Positions 9,201 to 18,319 of a DNA stretch of 64,000 nucleotides are shown here, in pieces. Under the pieces are notes generated by a model. That model was not told where the DNA came from. It ran no database searches and saw nothing but the letters and a program-made list of their open reading frames with translations. The translations under genes and the position numbers were made by a program. Origin of the DNA: an uncultured candidate division WWE3 bacterium (lineage in GTDB: Bacteria > Patescibacteriota > WWE3 > UBA101185 > UBA10185); assembly GCA_963765125.1 (NCBI GenBank), contig CAVXUZ010000005.1:263837-327836 (forward strand). Reading direction: 5' to 3'. The stretch's first letter is position 1. Each line of letters starts with the position of its first letter.

Positions 9201-9221
9201 CCCGACGCGGCTAACGCTCCA
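9201..9221 (+). repeat. degenerate third copy of the tRNA-Gly 3'-end repeat (CCCGACGCGGCTAACGCTCCA) directly after the HIT gene
   Basis: It shares the TCCCG...CGCTCCA ends with the 21-mer but has an internal insertion. Weak. Confidence 0.25.
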
Positions 9222-9354
9222 AATGTAGAAAATGAACTTGACGGTCACAAATCGTAGGTGGTGGGGTTACTCAATTTTGCTCAGACTAAGCATCAGGATG
9301 GGGTGAGATTAGAAAAACAGAAACACAAATGTTTGAATTTTTAGAAGCGACTGA

Positions 9355-10983
9355 CTACTGAGTAAACTTCACACTTTCCACAATAGGTTCCAAATCAATA
9401 TTTATAATATCAGGATAGTAATCTTCGTTTAACATGGTGCCGTATTCAATAATCAAAATATATTTTCGGTTTGGATCAAGAATATAGTAGCCCTGGCTTG
9501 AAAAGCCGCCCTCACTATAGCCAAATTTACAAACATGATTTATACCAATTTTTTGGGGAGCTGATATATTTTCCTTCTCATAGTTATAACAACCATTTTT
9601 GTTGGCATCATAACCCCCACCTCCCATAACATTTACCTCTCCCACTGATCCGAATGAAATAAGCTTAAGTAGTAGCTGAGATGGTTGATAAATTTGTGAG
9701 TTGATAAAAGTTATATCTAGGAACTCAGCCACTATATCGTTTGGTTCTTTCTCTTTAGGCTGGTGCTCGATTACGTTACCAGGAACTTGCAATGTAACAA
9801 TGTTAGATAGTGAGATAGAGTTAGTTTGGGTGGTTATAGTTTCAGCGTCTTTAATAGCTGGTGTTTCAATATATTTTATTGATGCAAAAATATTATCAAT
9901 TTCTTTCAAATTATTTTCTGAGGTAAGTGGAGAGTACAATGCATAATTTCTGCCTTTATCTACGTTTATTAGTGTACTTGATGCAAAGATAGCTCCTCCA
10001 ACATTGTTTACCTCATAGGGTTCTGTCCTATAATAAAACACACCAAGCTCTTGCGAGTTAGATTCACCACCAAGCCAATATCTTGAAAGGTAAGTGCCAT
10101 CCGATAATCTTAAGAAAACCATTCTTCGTGCTAAACCAGGTAAACGGCCACCAGATGCGTTGATATGTTCACGAGCAGTCTCAATTTCAAAAAGTGTTTG
10201 ATTGTTTCTTTTAGCCGTTACGATGGTTATAAAATCGTTGTAAATTTCATAAGTCTTTTCTATAACTTGAACATCTGGAGGGTAATTAAAACTTATTCCG
10301 CCTTTTTTGCTACTGTATTCTGGCCAATTGGCGTTATTGTTAAACAAAACAACATGGGCATCAACATCCCTGTAATATCCAATACCATCTTTCTGGTAGC
10401 GGAGGGTAGTAAAATATTCTTGCTCAGAATCGGAACAATCCAAGGTAACACGTCCTATCGCCAAATCATAAAATGAGCACAATTCCACTCCATCAAGTTT
10501 TTCGATTAAGGTAAAATCGTTATAACTATCAGTATAATAATCAAACTCTGTTCCGTCGCGTAGCCAAGTACTAAAACGGTAATTTGCATCTTGATAGGGC
10601 GTAAGTTTCAAAAAGCCCAACACATCTTGATCTCCATCGCCGTCAATATCGAAAAATCGCAAGGTATTTTCAACAATCTCAGGTTTAGAAAACTCGGTTT
10701 TTCCCATTAAATCTTGAAGTTGGAGGTATGTTGCGTGATCTACTGAAGAGCCAGTGTTATTTAAGGCTACAGGGTTTTGTTCAGATTCATCATTTATCGA
10801 AACCAAAGGAGCGGTTGTACCTTCTTTATTTATATTTGAGATAATAAAATAACCAGCCATAGTCATTATAAGTACAGCTATAAAAACACTTAATGGAAAC
10901 CAGAGTATTTTTTGTTTTTCGGCTGCAGGTTCTGGTGGTATATTTTGAGCGGAATCGACCATATTCCTTATTTCTTCATCCAC
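9355..10983 (-). CDS. hypothetical membrane-anchored extracytoplasmic protein (542 aa) with a DxDxDG-like motif (FDIDGDGDQD)
   Basis: Long ORF with an N-terminal TM anchor (ILWFPLSVFIAVLIMTMAGYFII). No catalytic motif recognised. Confidence 0.5.
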   Translation of the reverse strand: MDEEIRNMVDSAQNIPPEPAAEKQKILWFPLSVFIAVLIMTMAGYFIISNINKEGTTAPLVSINDESEQNPVALNNTGSSVDHATYLQLQDLMGKTEFSKPEIVENTLRFFDIDGDGDQDVLGFLKLTPYQDANYRFSTWLRDGTEFDYYTDSYNDFTLIEKLDGVELCSFYDLAIGRVTLDCSDSEQEYFTTLRYQKDGIGYYRDVDAHVVLFNNNANWPEYSSKKGGISFNYPPDVQVIEKTYEIYNDFITIVTAKRNNQTLFEIETAREHINASGGRLPGLARRMVFLRLSDGTYLSRYWLGGESNSQELGVFYYRTEPYEVNNVGGAIFASSTLINVDKGRNYALYSPLTSENNLKEIDNIFASIKYIETPAIKDAETITTQTNSISLSNIVTLQVPGNVIEHQPKEKEPNDIVAEFLDITFINSQIYQPSQLLLKLISFGSVGEVNVMGGGGYDANKNGCYNYEKENISAPQKIGINHVCKFGYSEGGFSSQGYYILDPNRKYILIIEYGTMLNEDYYPDIINIDLEPIVESVKFTQ

Positions 10984-11131
10984 AACTCTATTCTAACAAG
11001 TTTTACTATTTGTGAATATCCAACTGCTATAAAATCTCAAGATGGCATTGGCACTAAAGCCCGCTCCAAATATTTTAAACTCCAATACACGCCATACTAA
11101 TTAAAAATCTACTATAATATTAAGTATAAAC

Positions 11132-11602
11132 ATGCACCCAAAACCAGAAGAAATAAAAAATCAACTTAGAAAATTTAACCTAATGGGTTATTCAGATGAA
11201 ACTGTAAGGTATGAGGATAACGGTAAAAATGGAAAAATTCTAACAAGAGCAGATGGCGATTGGAAATACGAAGATGAATACTACGGAGGAGAGCCTTATT
11301 CAGGCAACGAAACACTTTGGTTCAATAAAAAAGACGTTTTTAGGTGTGTTTATATGGGAAAGGTAGCGCCCGGTGTTAATTTTTCGGATATTTATTCTTT
11401 TTTAAGAAAAGCATTCAAAGAAGAGCCAAACGGAAATTGTGTTCATAGAGGTCCAGAAAAGTATACAGAAGATAACTTAACCTATACAAATGAGTGTAAG
11501 GGAACTATTGAAGAGTTTTTACAAACCGAAAGAATCTTTCTTGATGGAAAGGAAGTTTATACAGCGTATTTTATGGGCGGAAGAGTGAACGTTCAAAAAT
11601 AG
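11132..11602 (+). CDS. hypothetical protein (156 aa)
   Basis: ORF with its own TATAAT box upstream and a convergent terminator downstream. No motif recognised. Confidence 0.45.
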   Translation: MHPKPEEIKNQLRKFNLMGYSDETVRYEDNGKNGKILTRADGDWKYEDEYYGGEPYSGNETLWFNKKDVFRCVYMGKVAPGVNFSDIYSFLRKAFKEEPNGNCVHRGPEKYTEDNLTYTNECKGTIEEFLQTERIFLDGKEVYTAYFMGGRVNVQK

Positions 11603-11646
11603 GTAGATTTTTCCAAATTCAATTGACACCCCAAAACGCCAAAGAA

Positions 11647-11680
11647 AAAGCCTCATATTATTTTTATGAGGCTTTGTTTG
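11647..11680. terminator. bidirectional rho-independent terminator between convergent genes
   Basis: 10-bp stem AAAGCCTCAT / ATGAGGCTTT with T-rich tracts on both sides. Confidence 0.6.
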
Positions 11681-11695
11681 TTACAAGCAAAATCG

Positions 11696-13078
11696 TTATT
11701 TTGTACTAGACCCATTACTTTCTGTTAGCTTTGCAATGTAGGTCGTATCCTTTTCGTTAATTATCTTTTGACCGTTTGTCGGGCGACCCATGGCAAAGTA
11801 GATAAATCCAGCTTCTTGAACAGTCTTTGGATCTAACATGTTGCGACCATCAAAAATCACCGGTTTTTTAAGCAATGACTTTACTCGGGTTAAGTCCAGG
11901 TTTTTAAACTCAGGCCAGTCTGTCAAAATTACTAACGCATCCACGCCGTCAATTGCTTCGTAAGGGTCATCGCAATATGTGATAGACGTTTCACCTAGAT
12001 CTTCCTTTGCTTTCTGTGTAGCTTCTGGGTCGTACGCATTAATATATGCACCACTTCCGCGCAAACGCATGATTACCTTTTTTGCCGGCGACTCGCGGGT
12101 GTCGTCAGTTCCAGCTTTGAACGCTAGACCTAACGCAGCAAATCTTTTTCCGTCAAGGTGGCCACCATAGAACTTCGCGATTTTACTCACAAAACGTTTG
12201 TGTACACGACGATTGGTATCCAAGGTTCCTTTTAGCAGTGGCAAAGGCAAAGACCTTTTTTCTGCCTCATAAGCTAGAGCCTGCACATCTTTAGGAAAGC
12301 ACGAACCGCCCCATCCTAAGCCTGCTTTTAAGAAGTAGGGTCCAATGCGGGGGTCTTTACCAACGGCGTACATCACGTTGAGCACATCAGCGCCAATGTC
12401 TTCGCAAAAATCAGCAATGAAATCTGCAAAAGAGATCTTTGTTGCCAGTAATGCGTTTGACGCGTACTTAATCAGTTCAGCCTCTGCCAAGTTACAACGT
12501 ACAATCTCGGCGGGCAAGTGCTCAAAGATCTTCGCTACGATATTTATAGCCTCTGCTGAATCAGAACCAATCACTGTGCGAGCGGAATGCTCCATGTCGT
12601 GGACCGACGTACCTTGCGCCAAAAATTCTGGACACGAAGCTACATCAAACTGTACACCCGGTTTCACTGTATCGTGTAATATTTTCTTTACACGCAGGTT
12701 GGTTCCCACCGGTACAGTACTTTTTGTTGTCACAACTGCATAGTGCTCGAGATGTAATCCAATTTGCCTAGCAACTTCCAGAACCGATGATAGATCTGCA
12801 TCGCCTGCTGCTCCTTGAGGGGTGCCTACACAGGTAAAAATCACTTCGGCGTCTTTAATCCCGTCTGCGAGTGAGTCTGTGAACCTTAAACTGCCGTTTT
12901 TCAAGCCTTCTTCAACTAAATCTTTTAAACCCGGCTCGTAAATCGGCATTACACCCGACTGGATCATATCCAACTTTGCTCGATCAACGTCAATGCCTAC
13001 AACTTTGTTTCCCCATTTTGAGAAAACAGCTGCGCCTACTAATCCAACATACCCTGTACCTATAACAGCGATTTTCAT
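11696..13078 (-). CDS. ugd: UDP-glucose 6-dehydrogenase family (UDP-glucose/GDP-mannose dehydrogenase)
   Basis: N-terminal Rossmann motif MKIAVIGTGYVGLV, the catalytic Cys region GGSCFPKD, and a length of about 460 aa. Confidence 0.85.
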   Translation of the reverse strand: MKIAVIGTGYVGLVGAAVFSKWGNKVVGIDVDRAKLDMIQSGVMPIYEPGLKDLVEEGLKNGSLRFTDSLADGIKDAEVIFTCVGTPQGAAGDADLSSVLEVARQIGLHLEHYAVVTTKSTVPVGTNLRVKKILHDTVKPGVQFDVASCPEFLAQGTSVHDMEHSARTVIGSDSAEAINIVAKIFEHLPAEIVRCNLAEAELIKYASNALLATKISFADFIADFCEDIGADVLNVMYAVGKDPRIGPYFLKAGLGWGGSCFPKDVQALAYEAEKRSLPLPLLKGTLDTNRRVHKRFVSKIAKFYGGHLDGKRFAALGLAFKAGTDDTRESPAKKVIMRLRGSGAYINAYDPEATQKAKEDLGETSITYCDDPYEAIDGVDALVILTDWPEFKNLDLTRVKSLLKKPVIFDGRNMLDPKTVQEAGFIYFAMGRPTNGQKIINEKDTTYIAKLTESNGSSTK

Positions 13079-13264
13079 TGTCTCTCCTTTTCTTTTTGTT
13101 CTATTTTAAAAGCATTTTAAGCAGTATTAGGCTCAAAATGACATTATTTTGTCTTTCCTCTAGCGCATAACGATTTTGCGAATGTCACTATACCAATTTA
13201 AAGTTAGGTGGTCAAAATCAGAAAGCCCCACAAGCTACTACGTACAAATAAAGCCTTTAATAGG

Positions 13265-13293
13265 TTGCCTAAAATTTGTCATCCCTATATAAT
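13265..13293 (+). promoter_or_regulatory. sigma70-type promoter (TTGCCT-17-TATAAT) for the 126-aa ORF
   Basis: Hexamers with 17-nt spacing, followed by the SD sequence AAAGGAG. Confidence 0.5.
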
Positions 13294-13321
13294 CACACAA
13301 AACACCTTAAAGGAGACTGTT

Positions 13322-13699
13322 ATGGACGGTGGTGAAACCAATATTCTTGAAGATGAGCATCAAGGTGAAGAGCAAGTAAAAAAATGGCAGGATTCCGTAG
13401 AAAGAGAAATTAGGAGAGAAGCTGCGGAATACAATCAATTGATTCGTAACGGTGTTATCTTTTCTGAGTTTGTAAGTCGATCAAACGGTCGCGGACGTAA
13501 AAAAAGAAAAAGACCACGCGAAGTTAGACTAGTTACTTTTTGTAACCATACTTACGCTATAGGAACTAGACTTACACGCAAACTTGAGTGGCTAATGAAA
13601 GACGTTTTTCCTGAGGAAGCTAATCGATTTGAGGAGTTGAGTTGGCTCGAAGCATTTGTTGTTGAGCTTAGACACAGCGAAAGATTAAAGAATGAATAA
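13322..13699 (+). CDS. hypothetical acidic/basic protein (126 aa from the ATG at 13322; the ORF track extends to 13208) with an RGRKKRKRPR basic patch
   Basis: SD sequence AAAGGAGACTGTT before the ATG, a terminator right after the stop, and somewhat higher GC than neighbours. Confidence 0.4.
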   Translation: MDGGETNILEDEHQGEEQVKKWQDSVEREIRREAAEYNQLIRNGVIFSEFVSRSNGRGRKKRKRPREVRLVTFCNHTYAIGTRLTRKLEWLMKDVFPEEANRFEELSWLEAFVVELRHSERLKNE

Positions 13700-13732
13700 T
13701 ACCCAGTTACTGCAACCGCTGGGTATTTTTTT
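13700..13732 (+). terminator. rho-independent terminator (TACCCAG...CTGGGTA + T7)
   Basis: 7-bp stem followed by TTTTTTT. Confidence 0.6.
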
Positions 13733-13777
13733 ATCTTGTCTGGCTTGACTAGCAAAGAGTATACTTTCAATTACAGT

Positions 13778-13853
13778 GCCAGTGTAGCTCAGTCGGTAGA
13801 GCAAGCCCTTCGTAAGGGTTAGGTCGACGGTTCGATTCCGTCCACTGGCTCCA
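13778..13853 (+). tRNA. tRNA-Thr (anticodon CGT), CCA encoded
   Basis: Hand-folded: acceptor GCCAGTG/CACTGGC, anticodon stem AGCCC/GGGTT, loop TTCGTAA, T-arm GACGG-TTCGATT-CCGTC. Length 76 nt. Confidence 0.85.
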
Positions 13854-13874
13854 TAAATTTGATAGAATTCTATT

Positions 13875-14603
13875 GTGACTACATACAGACCACGCAAAAA
13901 ATCTATAGATTCCGAAACATTAGAGATGCGAAGAAAGCTTTCTCTTTCTTTGGTAGGAATTTTTGGCTTTATAATTATTTCTCTAGTATCGCTTAGTTTC
14001 TTTGGGCCACAGATAGGCTCAATCTTCGGTTTTATTTCTATTAATAGAAATCAGCAAGTACCTGAAGCAAAAGCTACTATTGCACCACCTTCATTTGTGG
14101 CACTACCTAAAGCAACAAAAGAAAAGACACTTAAACTTGAAGGTTACTCAAACTCCGGCTCAACTGTAAAATTATTTGTTAACGGCCCTGAAAAAGGTTC
14201 TGTTCTTACTGCGGCTGATGGAAAGTTTGTCTTTGATTCAGTAGACCTTATTGACGGAAGAAACACTATATTTGCAAAGGCCGTTGACGAAAAGGGTAAC
14301 GAGAGTGAACGTTCGGAAACTCACACGATTACCATTGATACGAAAATTCCAAAGGTTACTATTACCGCACCGTCGAACGGTGAAACTGTTAAAAATCTTA
14401 ATGAGCGCGTTCTTGTTAAAGGTGAGGTAAGTGAAAAAGCAAAAATAACCGTCAATGGAAAACTCGCGGTGCAGCGTGCTGACCAATCATTTGAATATTT
14501 ACTAGGGGTAGACGATGGCGATGTAGAAATCAGCGTAGAGGCGGTCGATGAGGCTGGTAATTCATCAAAAGAAAAAATATTCATAAAGTACGAAAAAAAC
14601 TAA
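13875..14603 (+). CDS. signal-anchored cell-surface protein with bacterial Ig-like repeats
   Basis: N-terminal TM (LVGIFGFIIISLVSL) followed by beta-rich repeats of the BIg type. The start is probably the internal Met at about 13923. Confidence 0.45.
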   Translation: MTTYRPRKKSIDSETLEMRRKLSLSLVGIFGFIIISLVSLSFFGPQIGSIFGFISINRNQQVPEAKATIAPPSFVALPKATKEKTLKLEGYSNSGSTVKLFVNGPEKGSVLTAADGKFVFDSVDLIDGRNTIFAKAVDEKGNESERSETHTITIDTKIPKVTITAPSNGETVKNLNERVLVKGEVSEKAKITVNGKLAVQRADQSFEYLLGVDDGDVEISVEAVDEAGNSSKEKIFIKYEKN

Positions 14604-15793
14604 GAGTCTATTAACGCATACAAACTAATCCAAAAAAACATAATTTGCGGAAAAAACAGCGAATTGATGAATTGCGATTCTAAGATAAAGCTAAAAATAA
14701 TTGCTGCTGTAAAATAACTTGGGGCAGAAAGCAGCGGAAAGAAGAAGGCTAATATAAATATTATAAAACCAATGATTCCCGTAGTAGCCAGAACAAGCAG
14801 AAAGCTCGAGTCTGAGCCTGAAGCGCTGTGGTCCTCGAGGGTGTCTGGGGTTAAATAACCATAATTTACCTTCTCTGCCTTTAAATTGTTAAATCCCACC
14901 CCAAGTATTAAATTATCTTCTACTATCTCAAAAGTATTTCTCCAAGATATTAATCGAAAATGCGCTGAATCTGCGGGGTCAGTTAAGCCCGCCAACCTTG
15001 TTTGAATTCGTGGAATTGCAAAGTAAGCAGAAAAAATCAAAATTAAAGCCGCAAAGATAATAAACACTGATTTTTTCAACCCGTAAATAAATATTACAAC
15101 CGCAAACATCCCCCAAGCACTTCGTGAATATGTTAAGAACAATGCTAAAAGAGAAATTGCAAAAACAGCCCTAAAAAGTCTCTTTGAAAATATTTCTCTT
15201 TTGAATAATAAAACAGTAATGCAAAGCACTAAGTAGGCACCTAGAAAATTTGGGTCAAAAAAAGTACTAGCTAGTCGGTTTTTATGAGGATCCCAACCCA
15301 AGGACGGATCTAAGACCGTAAAATCGGGCAAAATAATCAGCTGTGCAAAACCTAAAACGCTTAAAATAACGCCTGAAATCACAAAGTATTTAAATAACTT
15401 AGCTACATCCAGATACTTATTTTTAACTGCAGAGAAAGTAACAACACCAGAAAGTAAATAAACTACCCATCGCACAAGATAAAAGAAAGCAAATAGTAAG
15501 TCTTCGCCAGAATTTTTAGAATATACGGGAATCAGAGATGCTGCAGCAATTATCGTAAACACTAGAAATAAAACAATATTTCTAGGAATTACTATTTTTT
15601 CCTTTTTTATCAAATATTGAAATATTCCTACAAAAGTGTACAAACCAACCAATAAATCAAAAAGATAGATTTTCTGCACTCCCCCGCCAAAAAGAAATGA
15701 AATATCAGAAAATTGGCTGAGAGTTAATGAGGCAAGAACAATAATAAATAACTTATTTAGCATAGTATGCTCGCCATGCCTTTCTGGCAGCAA
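14600..15793 (-). CDS. O-antigen ligase / polymerase-like (Wzy_C family) polytopic membrane protein
   Basis: About 10 predicted TM helices with a large periplasmic loop. It sits in the glycan cluster next to the flippase. Confidence 0.55.
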   Translation of the reverse strand: MLPERHGEHTMLNKLFIIVLASLTLSQFSDISFLFGGGVQKIYLFDLLVGLYTFVGIFQYLIKKEKIVIPRNIVLFLVFTIIAAASLIPVYSKNSGEDLLFAFFYLVRWVVYLLSGVVTFSAVKNKYLDVAKLFKYFVISGVILSVLGFAQLIILPDFTVLDPSLGWDPHKNRLASTFFDPNFLGAYLVLCITVLLFKREIFSKRLFRAVFAISLLALFLTYSRSAWGMFAVVIFIYGLKKSVFIIFAALILIFSAYFAIPRIQTRLAGLTDPADSAHFRLISWRNTFEIVEDNLILGVGFNNLKAEKVNYGYLTPDTLEDHSASGSDSSFLLVLATTGIIGFIIFILAFFFPLLSAPSYFTAAIIFSFILESQFINSLFFPQIMFFWISLYALIDS

Positions 15794-17030
15794 AGATTAG
15801 CATAAAAAATACTAGCAATTCTGAAATGTGGGTGGTTACAGTCGCACCATAAAGTGAATATCTTGGTATAACAACTAAATTAACTGCCAAGTTAAAAACA
15901 GCAGCAATAAAATATACCCAAGGAAGATATTTCTGCTTTTCTAGGGTTACAATAAGCCATGATAGTGGCTGGGTGAGGTAATAAATCACCAAACCACCTA
16001 AAAGAATTTGTAAGACTAAAACTGACTTTGTAAACTCCGCGCCGCCAAGAAACGAAATTGCAAAAGGTGACGCTACTATACCCACCATACCTGCAACAAT
16101 TCCCGCTGAAAAAAGAAACAAAAACACATTTTTTAACGTCTTTTTAATCTTGTCTTTACCTTCGAACAAATGCCTGACCATTACTGGGTAAACTGAATTC
16201 ATAAAAAAGGTCGGTACAACCAACGCAACTTCAAATATTTTGTATGGTAAAGAATAAACTGCGACAGTCTCGGTGTTATTAAGACCATACTTAGTTGGTA
16301 GTTTTAACACTGATAAAAGAATTTCGTCTTCTTTAAAGTTGAGCTGACTAAACACAAACATAATGCCTAGTGGTAAAGTCTGCGCCAAAAGATACCCAAT
16401 CAGCTTTTTATCGATTTCAAATTTAATTTGTACATCTAGGCGCTTCAACATCTTTAAAGCAATTAAAAATGTGAGAAAACCACCGAGAACATAGCTAAAG
16501 CTAATCCACAAGACATTTAGATTTAAGTATGAAAAAAGCAGCAATCCGGCAAGAACAATAATGTAACCCGCAACAAGAGCAACGGTTGATAGGTCATAAC
16601 GCATCTTTGTTTGAAACGCTATGTTTGTCGTAGTAAATAGAGATTGGGTTAAAATTAAAAATAGACTTAGTCGAATTCCAAATTTTAAACCCTCACTGTA
16701 TGGAAAAAACGTAAGAGCTCCCCACAATAGCGCAATAAAAAATACAGAAAATGCAATTCTGAGAAAAAGAATATTACCGAGGTATTTTCCTGCTTTAGAA
16801 AAATCTTTTGATAGTTCTCGGGTAGCAATTGCGTTTAATCCAAAGTCTGCAATTATAAATACTAGCGCCGGCCAACTTTGCATAAGACTAAATTCTCCAT
16901 ACGATTCCCTACCATAAAATCTCGTAATGAGAATTGTACCTAATACAGTAATTGACATTGTTGTCACCTTACCAATGATTTGGTAGATAGTATTACTGGC
17001 TATTTTTATTGTAGTGGCGCTTTTAATCAT
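15753..17030 (-). CDS. polysaccharide biosynthesis protein / Wzx-like flippase (MOP superfamily)
   Basis: 425-aa polytopic membrane protein with the typical Wzx N-terminal region (IYQIIGKVTTMSITVLGTILITRFYG). Confidence 0.6.
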   Translation of the reverse strand: MIKSATTIKIASNTIYQIIGKVTTMSITVLGTILITRFYGRESYGEFSLMQSWPALVFIIADFGLNAIATRELSKDFSKAGKYLGNILFLRIAFSVFFIALLWGALTFFPYSEGLKFGIRLSLFLILTQSLFTTTNIAFQTKMRYDLSTVALVAGYIIVLAGLLLFSYLNLNVLWISFSYVLGGFLTFLIALKMLKRLDVQIKFEIDKKLIGYLLAQTLPLGIMFVFSQLNFKEDEILLSVLKLPTKYGLNNTETVAVYSLPYKIFEVALVVPTFFMNSVYPVMVRHLFEGKDKIKKTLKNVFLFLFSAGIVAGMVGIVASPFAISFLGGAEFTKSVLVLQILLGGLVIYYLTQPLSWLIVTLEKQKYLPWVYFIAAVFNLAVNLVVIPRYSLYGATVTTHISELLVFFMLIFAARKAWRAYYAK

Positions 17031-17032
17031 GT

Positions 17033-18262
17033 TTATTCGCAGGACGAGAAATCTATATTCTCCACCGTTAAATGCGGAGGATTCCCGCTTATTTTATCAA
17101 GGGATTTCACTGCGTCAAAATGCTCATAAGGTACATTATCTTCGTTAATCCACGAAAAATGATCATAGGGAGCTTCATATTTTATAGTAAACGGTGTTAC
17201 TGCTCTTACACGATCATCTTTAAGCCACACTTCTTCGAATGCAATCTTTATATATTCAGAAACTGTCTTCGCATTTAAAAATGCTGAGCTGTAGTTTTTT
17301 CCTTCGGCGTGCGCCCAACCAGTCTCTGTAATAAATACTGGAAGTTCTTTTTTAACACCTAATTCGTTTTTTAGAAAATTAAGTTCATCTTCGTATGCGC
17401 GAATGCTCCATCTTCCTGTTGCCCTCGGACCACCACTAAAGTTTGGTTGAGGATAAGGGTGCGATGCCCAGCCATCAAGCCTGTTAAATATTCCTGGAAC
17501 TTTTTCATCCATTTTTTTCATGTATTCAAATGCATCCATATGTCTGTCGTCTGTTGGCGCAGTAATATTGAAAGCACCATTAATCATAAAGTACGTCGAA
17601 TTAGTATTTTTAAATGTTGTAATTGTGTAATCAAGAATTTCTGCGTACTCGCCTGGATAAACTCTGTCATACCAAAACCTCGAATCATTCATTTCGTTAT
17701 AAACGCTTACATATCTGTCTCGAATCGGCCAGGCAAACTTATTTAAAAACTCTGCGGCGTCTCTCGTTTGTTTTTCATATTCTTCAGTGTCAATATCCCA
17801 GAGCTGAATAATCGGTATAAGATGCTTGTTCCTAAGCTGATCAAACACTCTAAACCACTTAGAAAAATCTCTATCTTTAACGTTATAAGGTATTAAAACG
17901 TATCCCCAATCGCCTCCATTTGAATTAACAAGATTTTGTGCGGTTTCAAAGAAATCTTTATTTTCTGCGTAAATATACAACCCAAACTTATTATTTTTAT
18001 CCCAAGGGCTGTCTACATAAAAAGAATAATTAATACCTTGCGTAATGCCACAGTCTTGCTCTATAGGTGGCAAGCTATTATCTGACGCGGTAGGAGGCAG
18101 CGGCATAGGTTTTTCAAGCATACGTGAATCATCTCTCTTGTAGATTTGCGAAATCAGTTTTCTTCCCTTATCTGACGTAAGTAAACTATGCAGCCCTAAA
18201 AGTAGTCCAAAAACAACAATAAAGGACAATAAAATGTGCATAAGTTTAATCCTGTGCATCAA
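17033..18262 (-). CDS. signal-anchored putative clan GH-A (TIM-barrel) glycoside hydrolase
   Basis: N-terminal TM. A YNEMN acid/base-like motif and an ITETGW nucleophile-like motif are characteristic of GH-A-clan hydrolases. Family not assignable. Confidence 0.45.
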   Translation of the reverse strand: MMHRIKLMHILLSFIVVFGLLLGLHSLLTSDKGRKLISQIYKRDDSRMLEKPMPLPPTASDNSLPPIEQDCGITQGINYSFYVDSPWDKNNKFGLYIYAENKDFFETAQNLVNSNGGDWGYVLIPYNVKDRDFSKWFRVFDQLRNKHLIPIIQLWDIDTEEYEKQTRDAAEFLNKFAWPIRDRYVSVYNEMNDSRFWYDRVYPGEYAEILDYTITTFKNTNSTYFMINGAFNITAPTDDRHMDAFEYMKKMDEKVPGIFNRLDGWASHPYPQPNFSGGPRATGRWSIRAYEDELNFLKNELGVKKELPVFITETGWAHAEGKNYSSAFLNAKTVSEYIKIAFEEVWLKDDRVRAVTPFTIKYEAPYDHFSWINEDNVPYEHFDAVKSLDKISGNPPHLTVENIDFSSCE

Positions 18263-18319
18263 ATAATTTTATCATTTAATCATTAACCGATGTGGCTATG
18301 ATTACAAAATGAAGGTAAA

